Shown here: positions 12,330 through 27,053 of the stretch, in pieces
Layout: the number at the start of each line of letters is the position of its first letter
How positions within the stretch are numbered: the first letter of the stretch is position 1
From: Macrostomum lignano
Taxonomy: Eukaryota
Direction: 5' to 3'
Length of the DNA stretch: 64,000 nt
Assembly (NCBI GenBank): GCA_002269645.1
Contig: NIVC01003828.1
Coordinates: forward strand, 10,867 to 74,866
Notes under the pieces: generated by a model
What the model was told of the DNA's origin: nothing
The model's database searches: none
The model's input: the letters and a program-made list of their open reading frames with translations, nothing else
Position numbers and translations under genes: made by a program

Positions 12330-12625
12330 ATCCCTAATCCCAGCATTATATAATATCCCTAATCCCTACACTGTAATATCTATAATCCCAACTTTATGTT
12401 CTCCCTAATCCCAACACTGTAATATCCCTAATCCCAACACTGTAATATCCCTAATCCCAACACTGTAATATCCCTAATCCCAACACTATTATATCCCTAA
12501 TCCCAACACTGTAATATCAATAATCCCAACACTGTAATATCCCTAATCCCAACACTATTATATCCCTAATCCCAACACTGTAATATCCCTAATCCCAAAT
12601 TTATGTTCTCCCTAATCCCAACACT
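12330..12625. repeat. minisatellite, 23-bp unit
   Basis: tccctaatcccaacactgtaata repeats. Confidence 0.92.
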
Positions 12626-13812
12626 CAAGATCATCGCTTATCAGAAGTGCATTAATTACGTTTTCATTTGCTCTCATTTTTTATTCTTCAAAATGTAATA
12701 CTTTGGTCGGGAAATCGTTGAACTTGCGTAAGTCCTAAATCTGCTTGCAACTTCAAAATTTATTTAAAAACTATTTGTAGCAGACAGTCATCTTTTGTAT
12801 GTATTGTTTGTTTGAAATACTAGCATATGTATGCTTGTGTAGCCCGCTGAGCTTACACTAATCCGATCGTTTATATAGTTGTGGTAAAACAGCCCTGCAA
12901 AGCAGCAACCATTGTATTTGCATTCGTGTACCAATTAATATTTGTTGAAAAAACCTACTAAATTTGAAACATAAGAAACAGTCGCCGCTGCCGTATATAA
13001 TTATATACGATTCACGTGAATTGTAGACCCTGTGACGTAATGAATCAGTATGACTTCTGTTTGCCTTAATTATTTTCACTTGACTAGTAGTACTAATGTA
13101 GTATAATTATTAGAAATTATTTGTGTCAATATATAACAAAAATGGCTAAGTTTTGTATTATCATTATCAGGTCATAGAATCAGTAAATGAAATATATTGA
13201 AAACCTGTTTTAGTTTTCTGTTTACATATAACGTACGCACGTTGCCTAGGTGTAGATAGATAACTTAACCATTGGAATGCCTTTGTACAGTTAGTTCAGT
13301 TAGTGTTGAGTTGCGGCCAAGGAATCTCTGCCCTGGAACACATTTCCCCACCCATTAGTTAAACAAATAGAGCGGCCCAAACCAGGAGGCTTTCGTTGGA
13401 GGGGTGTAGGTTTTATGGGCCTCGCGTATGGGGGGAGAGAAATAAAACAAGTTCAATGTACATTTGCGGGTGTGTACATTCCCGATACCTCTTCACTCTT
13501 CTGTCCTAATTTTTCCGGAAAACCCACGGGAAATCCAATTTCTGACTGGCAGTGAAGAGATTATATTATAAAACGCATGAAACTGCAGAGAAAAGCACAG
13601 CACTGTAATAAAACATTTGAAACCTTGATTAGAAAATCCTTCCTACATCGTTCCCGTCTAATTGGTAATAATTTCAGCCGCCGATAAGCCGCTGTAACAA
13701 ATCAACCAGAAAGAAATCTATTAAAGACCGGTTCAACGTTTCCGCTTTTAGACTGCAGTCTCTAAGGAGACTGTCTAAAATAATTTTGACGCGACTTTCG
13801 AATCCAAGCGAG

Positions 13813-13898
13813 ATGGCGGCGGCTCGAATCGACGCACAACACGACAACAATGGGAATGTGGCTGATTTGGAGTCTCTTATTAGTCGATACGGCTCCAG
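13813..13898 (+). CDS. GADD45: GADD45-family protein exon 1
   Basis: ATG MAAARIDAQHDNNGNVADLESLISRYGS, donor ag|gtaagt (phase 2), matching exon 2. Confidence 0.75.
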
Positions 13899-13994
13899 GT
13901 AAGTTTTTTAGTGTTTTGTACTTTTATTTTTATTTATAGAACTAAAAGTTAAGATGTTTTGCAAGAGTGAGATCCAAACTATAAGACTTTAATT

Positions 13995-14920
13995 TAGAGT
14001 GAGATTCAGGCATGAGAATTGACTTCAGTAGAGTGAGATTCAGGCTATGAGATTCGACTTCAGTAGAGTGAGATTCAGGCATGAGATTTGACTTCAGTAG
14101 AGTGAGATTCAGGCGATGAGATTTTACTTCAGTAGAGTGAGATTCAGGCTATGAGATTCGACTTCAGTAGAGTGAGATTCAGGCATGAGATTTGACTTCA
14201 GTAGAGTGAGATTCAGGCGATGAGATTTTACTTCAGTAGAGTGAGATTCAGACTATGAAATTTGACTTCAGTAGAGTGAGATTCAGGCTATGAAATTTGA
14301 CTTCAATAGAGTGAGATTCAGGCTATGAGATTTGACTTCAGTAGAGTGAGATTCAGGCTATGAGATTTGACTTCAGTAGAGTGAGATTCAGGCTATGAGA
14401 TTTTACTTCAGTAGAGTGAGATTCAGGCTATGAGATTTTACTTCAGTAGAGTGAGATTCAGGCTATGAGATTTGACTTCAGAAGAGTGAGATTCAGGCTA
14501 TGAGATTTTACTTCAGTAGAGTGAGATTCAGGCTATGAGATTCGACTTAAGTAGAGTGAGATTCAGGCTATGAGATTTGACTTCAGAAGAGTGAGATTCA
14601 GGCTATGAGATTTGACTTCAGTAGAGTGAGATTCAGGCTGAGATTTGACTTCAGAAGAGTGAGATTCAGGCTATGAGATTTGACTTCAGTAGAGGGAGAT
14701 TCAGGCTATGAAATTTGACTTCAGTAGAGTGAGATTCAGGCTATGAGATTTGACTTCAGTAGAGTGAGATTCAGGCTATGAAATTTGACTTCAGTAGAGT
14801 GAGATTCAGGCTATGAGATTTGACTTCAGTAGAGTGAGATTCAGGCTATGAGATTTGACTTCAGTAGAGTGAGATTCCGGCTATGAAATTTGACTTTAGT
14901 AGAGGGATAATCAGGTTATG
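13995..14920. repeat. minisatellite, 35-bp unit (GADD45 intron 1)
   Basis: gagtgagattcaggctatgagatttgacttcagta, about 26 copies. Confidence 0.96.
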
Positions 14921-14987
14921 CTATGAAAGTCAATCTGTCAGTCAAGCCCCCACCTACATAAGCCTCCTAATCGTCTATCCACTGCAG

Positions 14988-15119
14988 CTCCATGGTCTCA
15001 GACGATGTGACTGCTCCTAATCTGGTGAACGCCAGCATGCAGGAGTGCCTGGCGATGGCCAACACTCAGGGCAGACTGGTTGCTGGCTTCAAAGCTGTGG
15101 TGGATGCTTTGGAAAAGAA
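14988..15119 (+). CDS. GADD45: GADD45-family protein exon 2
   Basis: ctgcag| SSMVSDDVTAPNLVNASMQECLAMANTQGRLVAGFKAVVDALEK |gtgagc. Resembles the L7Ae/GADD45 N-terminal helix and strand. Confidence 0.8.
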
Positions 15120-15219
15120 GTGAGCTTGGCATACTGTGGTGCCTGCACTGGTTTTGTATTGCTTTACTCTACACAATTATAGAATAATGTGAATTCAATT
15201 TATTTACCTAACATCGCTT

Positions 15220-15740
15220 AGATAATTGGATAATCCACCTGTAATTGACCCAATAATCCATCTCTAATTGACCCAATAATCCATCTCTAATTGACCAAAT
15301 AATCCACCTGGAATTGACCCAATAATCCACCTGGAATTGACCCAATAATCCATCTCTAATTGACCCAATAATCCATCTCTAATTGACCAAATAATCCACC
15401 TGGAATTGACCCAATAATCCACCTGGAATTGACCCAATAATCCACCTGGAATTGACCTAATAATCCACTTAGAATTAGCCCAATAATCCACTTAGAATTG
15501 GCCCAATAATCCACTTAGAATTTCCCCAATAATCTACCTGTAATTGACCCAAAAATCCATCTGAAATTGACCCAAAAATCCATCTGGAATTGACCCAATT
15601 ATCCACTTAGAATTTCCCCAATAATCTACCTGTAATTGACCCAAAAATCCATCTGAAATTGACCCGAAAATCCACATGGAATTGACCCTATAATTCACAT
15701 GAAATTGGGCCAATAATCCACCTGGAATTGGCCGAATAAT
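15220..15740. repeat. minisatellite, 23-bp unit (GADD45 intron 2)
   Basis: aattgacccaataatccacctgg repeats. Confidence 0.93.
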
Positions 15741-15802
15741 TGCCATTAAAATTTGAACCACCAATTTGATTCACCAATGAACGCACCCGAACACACCGCC
15801 AG

Positions 15803-15920
15803 CTCCCACCAGTGCCTGTTCTGCGTTCTGCCTGAGAATCTTTGGAACGACGGCAATCGGAAGGCAATGTTTTGTTTCGTTATATCGCTGTGCCATCAGC
15901 ACAATGTTAAAATGATTAAG
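15803..15920 (+). CDS. GADD45: GADD45-family protein exon 3
   Basis: cgccag| SHQCLFCVLPENLWNDGNRKAMFCFVISLCHQHNVKMIK |gtgagt. Parallels GADD45 VVLCLL...LIQAFCCENDINILRV. Confidence 0.82.
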
Positions 15921-15959
15921 GTGAGTAAAAAACTGTCTGGATGGGCAGAAATAGAGAAA

Positions 15960-17310
<1,351 letters not shown>

Positions 17311-17868
17311 CAGTGTATTACGCCTGTGTTGTTTTGAATGCAAGCAGAAGTGCAGTCGCAAGCAAAGCATTGAAATCTTCTGCAGCGGCACAATAAGGGC
17401 AGCCGGCTGCTGCTGTGTGCGTAACAGGGACCCGCAGGCCTGTCTGCCTGCCTTGCACAGACACCAGTGTACTCATTCAGTTTGTCATTCAAGGCATAGG
17501 TTAGAGGCGTTTTCTCTCTCACCTTAGCCAAGTTCAGCTAAGCAAAATGAATGAATGCGTTGAATTTAATTGCAGAAATTGAAGGCATAGGCAAGCTGAC
17601 TGTCTGCTATATCCTTATCCGCCAAGTCTGTGTGTATAAATTGTCTACACTAACGGCAGTTTGATGCATGCATATATCTGTTACACACACTGACTGCGTG
17701 GGCGTTTGTACTTAAATAGGAGAGGTTAATATGGAACTAACTGGAATCTGGTTTCTGGTTTTATCATTTCAAATGTTCAAGTTTAAGAGGTAAAATGATA
17801 AATTGGTTGAGATAATGAGATAAAAATGAGATAAGTGTTAGACATGAATGAGGCAATTTGTCCAATAA

Positions 17869-17869
<1 letters not shown>

Positions 17870-17927
<58 letters not shown>

Positions 17928-17929
17928 GC

Positions 17930-17986
<57 letters not shown>

Positions 17987-18390
17987 GCAGACAGACACAG
18001 GCAGAGACAGGCAGACAGACAGGCAGCCAGACAGACAGACAGACAGACAAGCAGACAGACAGACAGACAGACAGACAGAAAGACAGACAGATGACAGACG
18101 GACAACAGACAGGTGCCAAGCAGGCACACCAGACAGGTGCCAAGCAGGCACACCAGACAGGTGCCAAGCAGGCACAGCAGACAGGTGCCAAGCAGGCACA
18201 CCAGACAGGTGCCAAGCAGGCACACCAGGCAGGTGCCAAGCAGGCACACCAGACAGGTGCCAAGCAGGCACAGCAGACAGGTGCCAAGCAGGCACACCAG
18301 ACAGGTGCCAAGCAGGCACACCAGACAGGTGCCAAGCAGGCACACCAGACAGGTGCCAAGCAGGCACACCAGACAGGTGCCAAGCAGGCA
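17870..18390. repeat. (GACA)n tract plus 24-bp minisatellite
   Basis: gaca repeats to ~18110, then cagacaggtgccaagcaggcacac units ending at the exon-4 branch point. Confidence 0.95.
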
Positions 18391-18421
18391 CTAACACGCC
18401 CATCACCACTGCATCCACCAG

Positions 18422-18628
18422 GTGGACGACGACCAGCTGGTCCGCAAAATAATCGACCGCACTTCGGGCAACCCGAACCTGGGCACCCTGTCCTACGAGT
18501 GCATTCTCATCCAGTCGAATGCGAACAGGCAGAAGTTGCCGTGCGATCAGCACATGCTGCTGTACATCGACCGCTTTCCGGATAACGACTTTGAAAATCT
18601 TCCTCTAGTAAAATTGTCCGAGTTCTGA
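18422..18628 (+). CDS. GADD45: GADD45-family protein exon 4
   Basis: Branch point ctaac at 18391, caccag| VDDDQLVRKII...YECILIQ...LPLVKLSEF*. Parallels LHCVLV...VPVINLPE. The spliced CDS is 543 nt (180 aa). Confidence 0.82.
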   Translation: MDDDQLVRKIIDRTSGNPNLGTLSYECILIQSNANRQKLPCDQHMLLYIDRFPDNDFENLPLVKLSEF

Positions 18629-18689
18629 GGGGACCGGCTGTTCCTTTGCTGATGCTTTTACTGTAGGAGTCATTTTCAGGGGACTTGGT

Positions 18690-20220
18690 CGGTCCTGAAC
18701 TACCCATGAGAATCCGTCCTGAATCACCCATGAGAATCGGTCCTGAATCACCCATGAGAATCGGTCCTGAATCACCCATGAGAATCGGTCCTGAATCACC
18801 CATGAGAATCGGTCCTGAACTACCCATGAGAATCCGTCCTGAATCACCCATGAGAATCGGTCCTGAATCACCCATGAGAATCGGTCCTGAATCACCCATG
18901 AGAATCGGTCCTGAATTACACATGAGAATTGGTCCTGAATTACACATGAGAATCGGTCCTGAACTACCCATGAGAATCGGTCCTGAATCACCCATGAGAA
19001 TCGGTCCTGAATCACCCATGAGAATCGGTCCTGAATCACCCATGAGAATCGGTCCTGAACTACCCATGAGAATCGGTCCTGAATCACCCATGAGAATCGG
19101 TCCTGAATCACCCATGAGAATCGGTCCTGAATCACCCATGAGAATCGGTCCTGAATCACCCATGAGAATCGGTCCTGAATCACCCATGAGAATCGGTCCT
19201 GAATCACCCATGAGAATCGATCCTGAATCACCCATGAGAATCGGTCCTGAATCACCCATGAGAATCGGTCCTGAATCACCCATGAGAATCGGTCCTGAAT
19301 CACCCATGAGAATCGGTCCTGAATCACCCATGAGAATCGGTCCTGAACTACCCATGAGAATCGGTCCTGAATCACCCATGAGAATCGGTCCTGAATCACC
19401 CATGAGAATCGGTCCTGAATCACCCATGAGAATCGGTCCTGAATCACCCATGAGAATCGGTCCTGAATCACCCATGAGAATCGGTCCTGAATCACCCATG
19501 AGAATCGGTCCTGAATCACCCATGAGAATCGGTCCTGAATCACCCATGAGAATCGGTCCTGAATCACCCATGAGAATCGGTCCTGAATCACCCATGAGAA
19601 TCGGTCCTGAATCACCCATGAGAATCGGTCCTGAATCACCCATGAGAATCGGTCCTGAATCACCCATGAGAATCGGTCCTGAATCACCCATGAGAATCGA
19701 TCCTGAATCACCCATGAGAATCGGTCCTGAATCACCCATGAGAATCGGTCCTGAATCACCCATGAGAATCGGTCCTGAATCACCCATGAGAATCGGTCCT
19801 GAATCACCCATGAGAATCGGTCCTGAACTACCCATGAGAATCGGTCCTGAATCACCCATGAGAATCGGTCCTGAATCACCCATGAGAATCGCCCTGCACT
19901 ACTCATGAGAATCGGTCCTGAATTACACATGAGAATTGGTCCTGAATTACACATGAGAATCGGTCCTGAATCACCCATGAGAATCGGTCCTGAATCACCC
20001 ATGAGAATCGGTCCTGAACTACCCATGAGAATCGGTCCTGAATCACCCATGAGAATCGGTCCTGAATCACCCATGAGAATCGGTCCTGAATCACCCATGA
20101 GAATCGGTCCTGAACACCCATGAGAATCGCCATGAATCACCCATGAGAATTGCCCTGAACTACCCATGAGAATCGCCCTGAACTACCCATGAGAATCGCC
20201 ATGAATCACCCCTGAGAATC
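18690..20220. repeat. minisatellite, 24-bp unit, ~63 copies, just 3' of the GADD45 stop
   Basis: ggtcctgaatcacccatgagaatc, highly homogeneous. Confidence 0.97.
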
Positions 20221-21039
20221 GCCTCCGGCTCAGCTTGAGCAGAACGGCTTCCTGTGCCATAAGATTAGGTCAATTGTTTTGCCTATATTATAAATGTGCC
20301 CTTCTTGATTTTACTGTTTTTTGTAAATCGTTTGCTACCTGTCTGCTTGTGTTTTACACTGTACATACCTGCGCTTGATAGCGGCTGAAAGCGCTTGCGT
20401 ATTTTATAATTATCCTAATAATTAAAAAAAATTAAATTCATTGCGAACCGCGTGCCTTCCCAGTTCGGAAATCTGTTTTTTATCTAATTATGCAACAGGC
20501 AGGGTCTCAATAAAAGCATGTGGACAAATGGACGAATCTAAATATGAAATATGAATTTGAACGTTTAATTTATCTTGCGTTGCTAATTTCGGAATTTTCT
20601 TCTTTATATTTCTACTGCCCTCAGTAGCCTGATGCGCATATGCCCAGCTAAAAGCGGAGCGCCAATTGCTGGTGGCAGCTTACTAAAAATAGCAACAGAC
20701 TCTCTCGTTCGGAAAACGATGCCCGAATTCTATTGCTTCGGTTTAGGCAGGCGGCATGCAAAATAGAATTGGACTGTTTTTAAGGATTCGCAATGCTGCA
20801 ACAATGTCTTTATTATCTTTGATTTTGTTGTTTATGGATTAATTTTTCTTTGTTAGTTCTTTATCTGTGCGTGACATGAAAATATTGTGTTTTCTAGATC
20901 TCCAGAAGCTCAACCAATCAGCGCCTAGCTAGAATTCAATCGATTGAAGGGGGTTCAAAGAAGGTAGAAAGTCTTATCAATTAATGTACATCTAATTGTG
21001 TATGGTATACTTTCTCGCCCTAATTAATAAATGTCTCAC

Positions 21040-21770
21040 TGTATGTACGTGCTTTCCCCTCGCACACCGACCCCTCTGCATGTACATCTGTACGTACAGT
21101 GCTTTCCCCTCTCGCCCCAACCCCTAGCTACATGTACATCTGTACGTACAGTGCTTTCCCCTCTCGCCCCAACCCCTAGCTACATGTACATCTGTATGTA
21201 CAGTGCTTTCCCCTCTCGCCCCAACCCCTCTGCATGTACATCTGTACGTACAGTGCTTTCCCCTCTCGCCCCAACCCCTCTGCATGTACATCTGTATGTA
21301 CAGTGCTTTCCCCTCTCGCCCCAACCCCTAGCTACATGTAAATCTGTATGTACAGTGCTTTCCCCTCTCGCCCCAACCCCTCTGCATGTACATCTGTATG
21401 TACAGTGCTTTCCCCTCTCGCCCCAACCCCTAGCTACATGTAAATCTGTATGTACAGTGCTTTCCCCTCTCGCCCCAACCCCTAGCTACATGTAAATCTG
21501 TACGTACAGTGCTTTCCCCTCTCGCCCCAACCCCTAGCTACATGTACATCTGTACGTACAGTGCTTTCCCCTCTCGCCCCAACCCCTAGCTACATGTACA
21601 TCTGTATGTACAGTGCTTTCCCCTCTCGCCCCAACCCCTCTGCATGTACATCTGTATGTACAGTGCTTTCCCCTCTCGCCCCAACCCCTCTGCATGTACA
21701 TCTGTATGTACAGTGCTTTCCTCTGCACTCCACCCCAACTGCATGTACATCTGTATGCACAATTCTTTCC
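21040..21770. repeat. minisatellite, ~52-bp unit
   Basis: tgtacatctgtatgtacagtgctttcccctctcgccccaaccccta/ctct.. repeats. Confidence 0.95.
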
Positions 21771-23369
21771 GCATGCTAAATTTAAATTCATGCTTTCCCG
21801 ATGCTTAATAAAAACAACAGCTGCTCGATAAGAAGACAGATGGTAGGCTTTGAGCAACCGTCAGGTCAGCCATTCGACGCGACAGAGTTGGACGCTTAGT
21901 CACGCAATGATAAACAAAAACTGTTGGCAAATGTCTGATTTCCCATTTGTGATCCGACAGATGGTGACAGACGAATACGGGGGGGGGGCTACGCGGTGAT
22001 GAAAGGCAAAAAAATTATCTGCTGCTTTTTCACGAATTGCTTTGTGCGTGGAAAATCGTCACAAAGGGTTTGTTGTGTTGCTTTTGTGCTTCTTCTTTAG
22101 CCTTTATATCGTTTGCCGGATGGTAGGTGATGGATTTTTTTACATCTAATGGCTTCTTTTGATATAAGCTCGTAGATGCATTTATATGGATGTCCGACAT
22201 GTGCTGAGATCATGCCCTCTTTCATACTGATATTTTGAGTGCACTGTACTGACCATAGACTATTTTGACTGGCGTGTGGCTGCGCCTTCACTCTATGAAG
22301 GTCCGATCAAGGACTTGGGCAACGCTTACGGAAAATCAATAGAAACAAATCCCAGTTCAAAACATTCTGCCACCGAAGCAAGGTTTAGCCATAGACAAAA
22401 TTTTCCCCAGTCTGAAATGAATTTCCGCTAGTTTTTTTAGAACTGGACTTTGATCAACATTGAACGTGAAAAGGTGTATTAAATTCCAGCACAAGGACCA
22501 CTAAAGTCACTTCGTCACTTCGAATGACTTAAGTTGTCCTTGTTCCAGCAGCCAATGAAATTCATGGGGGGGGGGGAATATCCCAATTTTTAGGAAGCCT
22601 TGGCCATAGACTCTTTCAGGTGAGCCATCCTTTCTATTCCTTCATCCATGTGTAAACTCCCTGCAGTTCTTGAAGGTGGCTCTTTTTCTGTTAAATTTTG
22701 GGTGGCTGGATGAGAAATGTCTATGGGGGAAATCCAACATACATTGCTCAGAAAGTGAAATAAAGAAGGCGGTAGGCCTTCCTTTTCTACATGGGAATCC
22801 TACGGAAGCCTGAAATTCAAAATTACTGGGCTCGCCTTGCCAATTCCCATCGCCTCGCCAAGTTCCTCCTTGAACACAGCACTCTACTGCCGGCCGGGAC
22901 CATTCGTTGCAACCGAGGCGTCCATGCAGATGCCGACGCCGGCACCATCGCATTGCTACAACTGTCAAAGTGTCAGACAGGAAGGCAAGCGGTTTGAAAA
23001 CGCTAGTTCATGTACCTTGATTGACACATTCGGTACCACGATGCAGAGATGCAATCGAAATGGCAGGAGCAAACGCACCATAAACATCTAGATTAGAAAG
23101 TCAGAGCGCCTGTGGGGGCTCAGTAGTCAGCAGAATCACCCAGTCTGTCTGACATTTTTTGAACTCGGGTCAGCCGGATTAACAGTTTTTTTTCGAAACT
23201 TCTAGAGACCTTTGAAGTCTGAAATCAGTGCCTGCCTTGCTACATGCAGTCAGTTAACAGCTTTTCGCTAAGTTCAGCACTTGCTTGGGTGTTGATGAGG
23301 AGGCCTGATACCTGAGCAGCATCCACTGTCGCACTTTTCCCGATGATTTATTGATTCGCATCTCAAAAT

Positions 23370-23850
23370 CTCGCCTCCAATCCTCTCCCATCTCAAAATC
23401 TCTCAACTCCCATCCTTATCTCCCATCTCCATCTCCTGTCTCTCATCTCCCATTTTCACCTCCCATCTCTCATCTCCCATTTCTCAATTCTCATCCTCAG
23501 ATCCATTCTGTCATCTCCCATCTTCATCTTCTATCTTTCATCATCAATCTCTAATCTCCCATCCCTTAACTCTCATACTCAGATCCAATCTGTCATATCC
23601 TATCTGTCATCTCCCATCTCTCAACTCTCATCCTCATCTCCAATCTCTTATCTCCCATCTCTCATCTGACATCTCTCAACTTTCATCCCCAGTTCCAATA
23701 TTTCATCTCTTATCTCTTAACTCCCATCGCTCATTGTCAATATCCCATAGCTTACATCTCCGAAATCTAACTTTCTGTCTCTGATCTTCCATCTCTAATG
23801 TCTCGCATCCAGTCTTTCATCTCTTATCTCCAATCTCACCCTATTCCCCA
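23370..23850. repeat. degenerate pyrimidine-rich repeat
   Basis: Recurrent ctcccatct / ctcatct. Confidence 0.7.
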
Positions 23851-24288
23851 CCGGGCTGGCAATTAACAAAGGCGCAGTTGTCAAGTACTCAAGCCTTCAG
23901 TTTTATTTGCATTAATAAATTCTAGAAACGCGCGGATCGAATGAATAACAGTAAATGGACATTCGCCTGTCAGAAAATATTGCAGCCCTGGTTATTCGAG
24001 CAGTTCAAAGCGATTCCCAGGTTGCAATCGCTAAAGCAAGCAAAAGAAGCCAATAAAGAACGAAAAAGAAAAATCGGAACAAAAACAGAAGAACAGATTC
24101 GCATAGAGTCTTATTGTCAAAGTATTCTTGTCCTCGGAGTAGACTTGACAATTAAAATAGCTGTTTATGTGTACACGGCATTGTGGGGGTGAAAATAGTC
24201 TGACTTTATTGCGAACTCCAATTGAAAAAAAACGTTATTACACAGGTTAAAACAGAGTTTTCTTTAACTACGAGTTTGTCAAGCCAGT

Positions 24289-24302
24289 GTTGCTATAGCA
24301 AC
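24289..24302. promoter_or_regulatory. palindromic RFX X-box motif GTTGCTATAGCAAC
   Basis: Perfect 14-bp palindrome closely resembling the RFX X-box consensus. Function untested. Confidence 0.45.
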
Positions 24303-24399
24303 GTTCTTTGTTATTTTTAATGCGTAGGTTTATCACCTTAGCAAAGGAGGCTGTTTGTTAAGGTACATGTAAGTAACAGGGCCTACAAACTGTTTTTAC

Positions 24400-24850
24400 C
24401 TACTGAGATTTACCCTAGCAACGCGGGACTTTTTATTTAGCTACGATGGTTACCATAGCAACCGGGGACTTTCTATTTAGCTACGATGGTTACCATAGCA
24501 ACGCGGGACCTTTTATTTAGCTACGATGGTTACCATAGCAACGCGGGACCTTATTTAGCTACGATGGTTACCATAGCAACCGGGGACTTTTTATTTAGCT
24601 ACGATGGTTACCATAGCAACCGGGGACTTTTCATTTAGCTACGATGGTTACCATAGCAACGCGGGACTTTATTTAGCTACGATGGTTACCATAGCAACGC
24701 GGGACTTTATTTAGCTACGATGGTTACCATAGCAACGCGGGACTTTATTTAGCTACGATGGTTACCATAGCAACGGGGGAATTTTTATTTAGCTACAATT
24801 GTTACCTTAGCAACCGGGGACATTCTGTTTAGCTACGGAGGTTACCTAGG
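24400..24850. repeat. 38-40-bp minisatellite carrying RFX X-box consensus sites
   Basis: Nine exact GTTACCATAGCAAC copies (24449, 24489, 24529, 24567, 24607, 24647, 24685, 24723, 24761) plus degenerate end units. Confidence 0.95.
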
Positions 24851-25279
24851 AATCGTATTTCCTTACCAAGAGCGCTTTTGCCATTTAAGCCTGTAACAGC
24901 CAACTCAAGCCAATAAAATTTCACACGAAAGAGAATTGCCTCCGTTGTAAGTTATAAACTTGTGCTGTAAAAAATCGTTGCTGCTGACAACAAAAAACAT
25001 GGCGTGAACTGTACAGAGAAATAGGCGCAGCTTCAGTGAATGCAGATGATGTCTGTCCAATGACGCTCAATGACAAAATTGCGAGGCAAATTTACAAGAA
25101 GTATTTTAGTAAACACAGTCAACATGCGTATGAGGTTGCGTTTCAAGCTGGCGTGCTGTCAGCATGGTCTGATTCTCTATGGCTCCCCTAGAGTCAGTAT
25201 TCATTTTGGTGTGGGATTCCCTATTTAATTTGGAACTTCCCATTTATTTACTCCGACATTTATCCCTTCAATTTAGGAT

Positions 25280-25560
25280 TCTCCTTGATTCAGGGTTCTA
25301 ATTTAGGTTTTCCCCTTTGGGTTTGGGATTCTAATTTTGGTTCTAATTTTGGTCTGGGACTCCCCTTTTTTGCTTGGGATTCTAATTTTGGTTTGGGATT
25401 CCCCTTTTGTTTAGGATTCTCTTTTGGTATGGGATTCCCCTTTGGTTTGGGGTTCTCTTTTGGTTTGGGATTCCCCTTTGGTTTAGGATTCTCTTTTGGT
25501 TTAGGATTCTCTTTTGGCTTTGGATTCCCCTTTGGTTTGGAGTCTCTTTGGTTTTTAATT
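25280..25560. repeat. 18-bp minisatellite
   Basis: tttggtttgggattcccc / tttggtttaggattctct units. Confidence 0.85.
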
Positions 25561-26099
25561 TTCCTTTATGGGGCGCTTTCCAACTCTCAATGTCATACAA
25601 TGAGTTGATGTCACCAGGGCACAGACTTGGAGCATTAACGCTCCTCAAGCTCCCAGACTAAGCTGGGTGATCTACTTTAGGGAGCTAGCTTGCCCAGATA
25701 CTTTGCAAATGGCATTTTTGACGTTAATACGCGGAGGCTTGTCAGAGAGAAATGATAGATCACATACGCATGGCGACCTCTCAGACCTGGGGAGGTCAGG
25801 CAGGTGCACCTGTCCTAGCAGAGCATTGATGCGTGCGCAAAACCAAACAGGATTGAATTCTAACTAGCAGGTAGCAGGTAGCAGGTAGCAGGTGTGCTGG
25901 AATTTTAGCAAACAAACCGGCGAATTGGGAAAAAAAGAAAAAATTAAAAGCTATCAATTTAAAAAATATCTTCCTTTGCTAAACAGATCCCCATTTGCAA
26001 TCCAGAAGTGGGATGGTTTACCTGTCTGGACAACAAACGACTAAAAACGGGATTTGCTGAATTAATCGAAACGGATTTCCCCCTACTAATCAAATGGAT

Positions 26100-26750
26100 T
26101 TCCTTGTCTTATGAAATGGGATTTTCCCTTCTAAGCAAATAGGGAATTTTCCGTCTTAATCAGTGGGGATTCCCCGTCTTAATAAGTGGGGATTCCCCGT
26201 CTGAAACAGTGGGAATTCCCCGTCTAAAAGAGTGGGAATTCTCTTTCTAAGAAAGAGGGATTTTCCTGTCCAAGCAAATGGGATTTACCCTTCTAAAACA
26301 GTGAGGATTCCCCGTCTAAAAGAGTGGGAATTCCCTGTTTAACCCAGTGGGAATTCCCCGTTTAACCCAGTGGGAATTCCCCGTTTAACCCAGTGGGAAT
26401 TCCCCGTTTAACCCCGTGGGAATTCCCTGTTTAACCCAGTGGGAATTCCCCGTTTAACCCAGTGGGAATTCCCCGTTTAACCCAGTGGGAATTCCCCGTT
26501 TAACCCAGTGGGAATTCCCCGTTTAAACCAGTGGGAATTCCCCGTTTAACCCAGTGGGAATTCCCCGTTTAACCCAGTGGGAATTTCACGTCTAGAGCAG
26601 TGCAATTTTCCCTTCTAAGCAAGTGGAATTTTCCCTGCTAATCCTATGGGAATTTCCCTGTCTAAGCACCGGATTCCCAATTTTAATCCAGTGTATCTTC
26701 TCTGTTCAAGACAATCGGATTTTCTTGTTAGATAAAATGGGATTTGACCT
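26100..26750. repeat. 23-bp minisatellite with degenerate flanks
   Basis: Core 26335-26590, gtttaacccagtgggaattcccc. Confidence 0.9.
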
Positions 26751-27053
26751 TTCTAGGCCAATAGGAATTTCCTTTCTAAACTAAAATGGGACTAACCTCT
26801 CTACACTACAAGGAGCAATAGGGATAACCATATCAATCCAAACAGCTACATGTAAATACGGTGTCTACAAAAACAATTCGGAGCTACGAGCTATTTCCAG
26901 ACAATCTGGTCACAACAATTAACCGATAGGTAAAACATAGAATATTAAATAGCTACAAGTGAATAATATTTCATACTTCAAAACATTAGCCATTCAGGCA
27001 AAGGATGTTCAAGAATATTGAAAATCTCACGTAAAAAGAAATCACCAACGCCT

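Noticed and set aside
8010-12625. CCCTAA telomere-like words in two arrays
   Set aside because: They occur singly within 19-23-bp units, not as tandem hexamers.
18507-20167. 458-, 520- and 407-aa ORFs
   Set aside because: They are translations of a stop-free 24-bp minisatellite (unit divisible by 3), open on both strands, with no domain.
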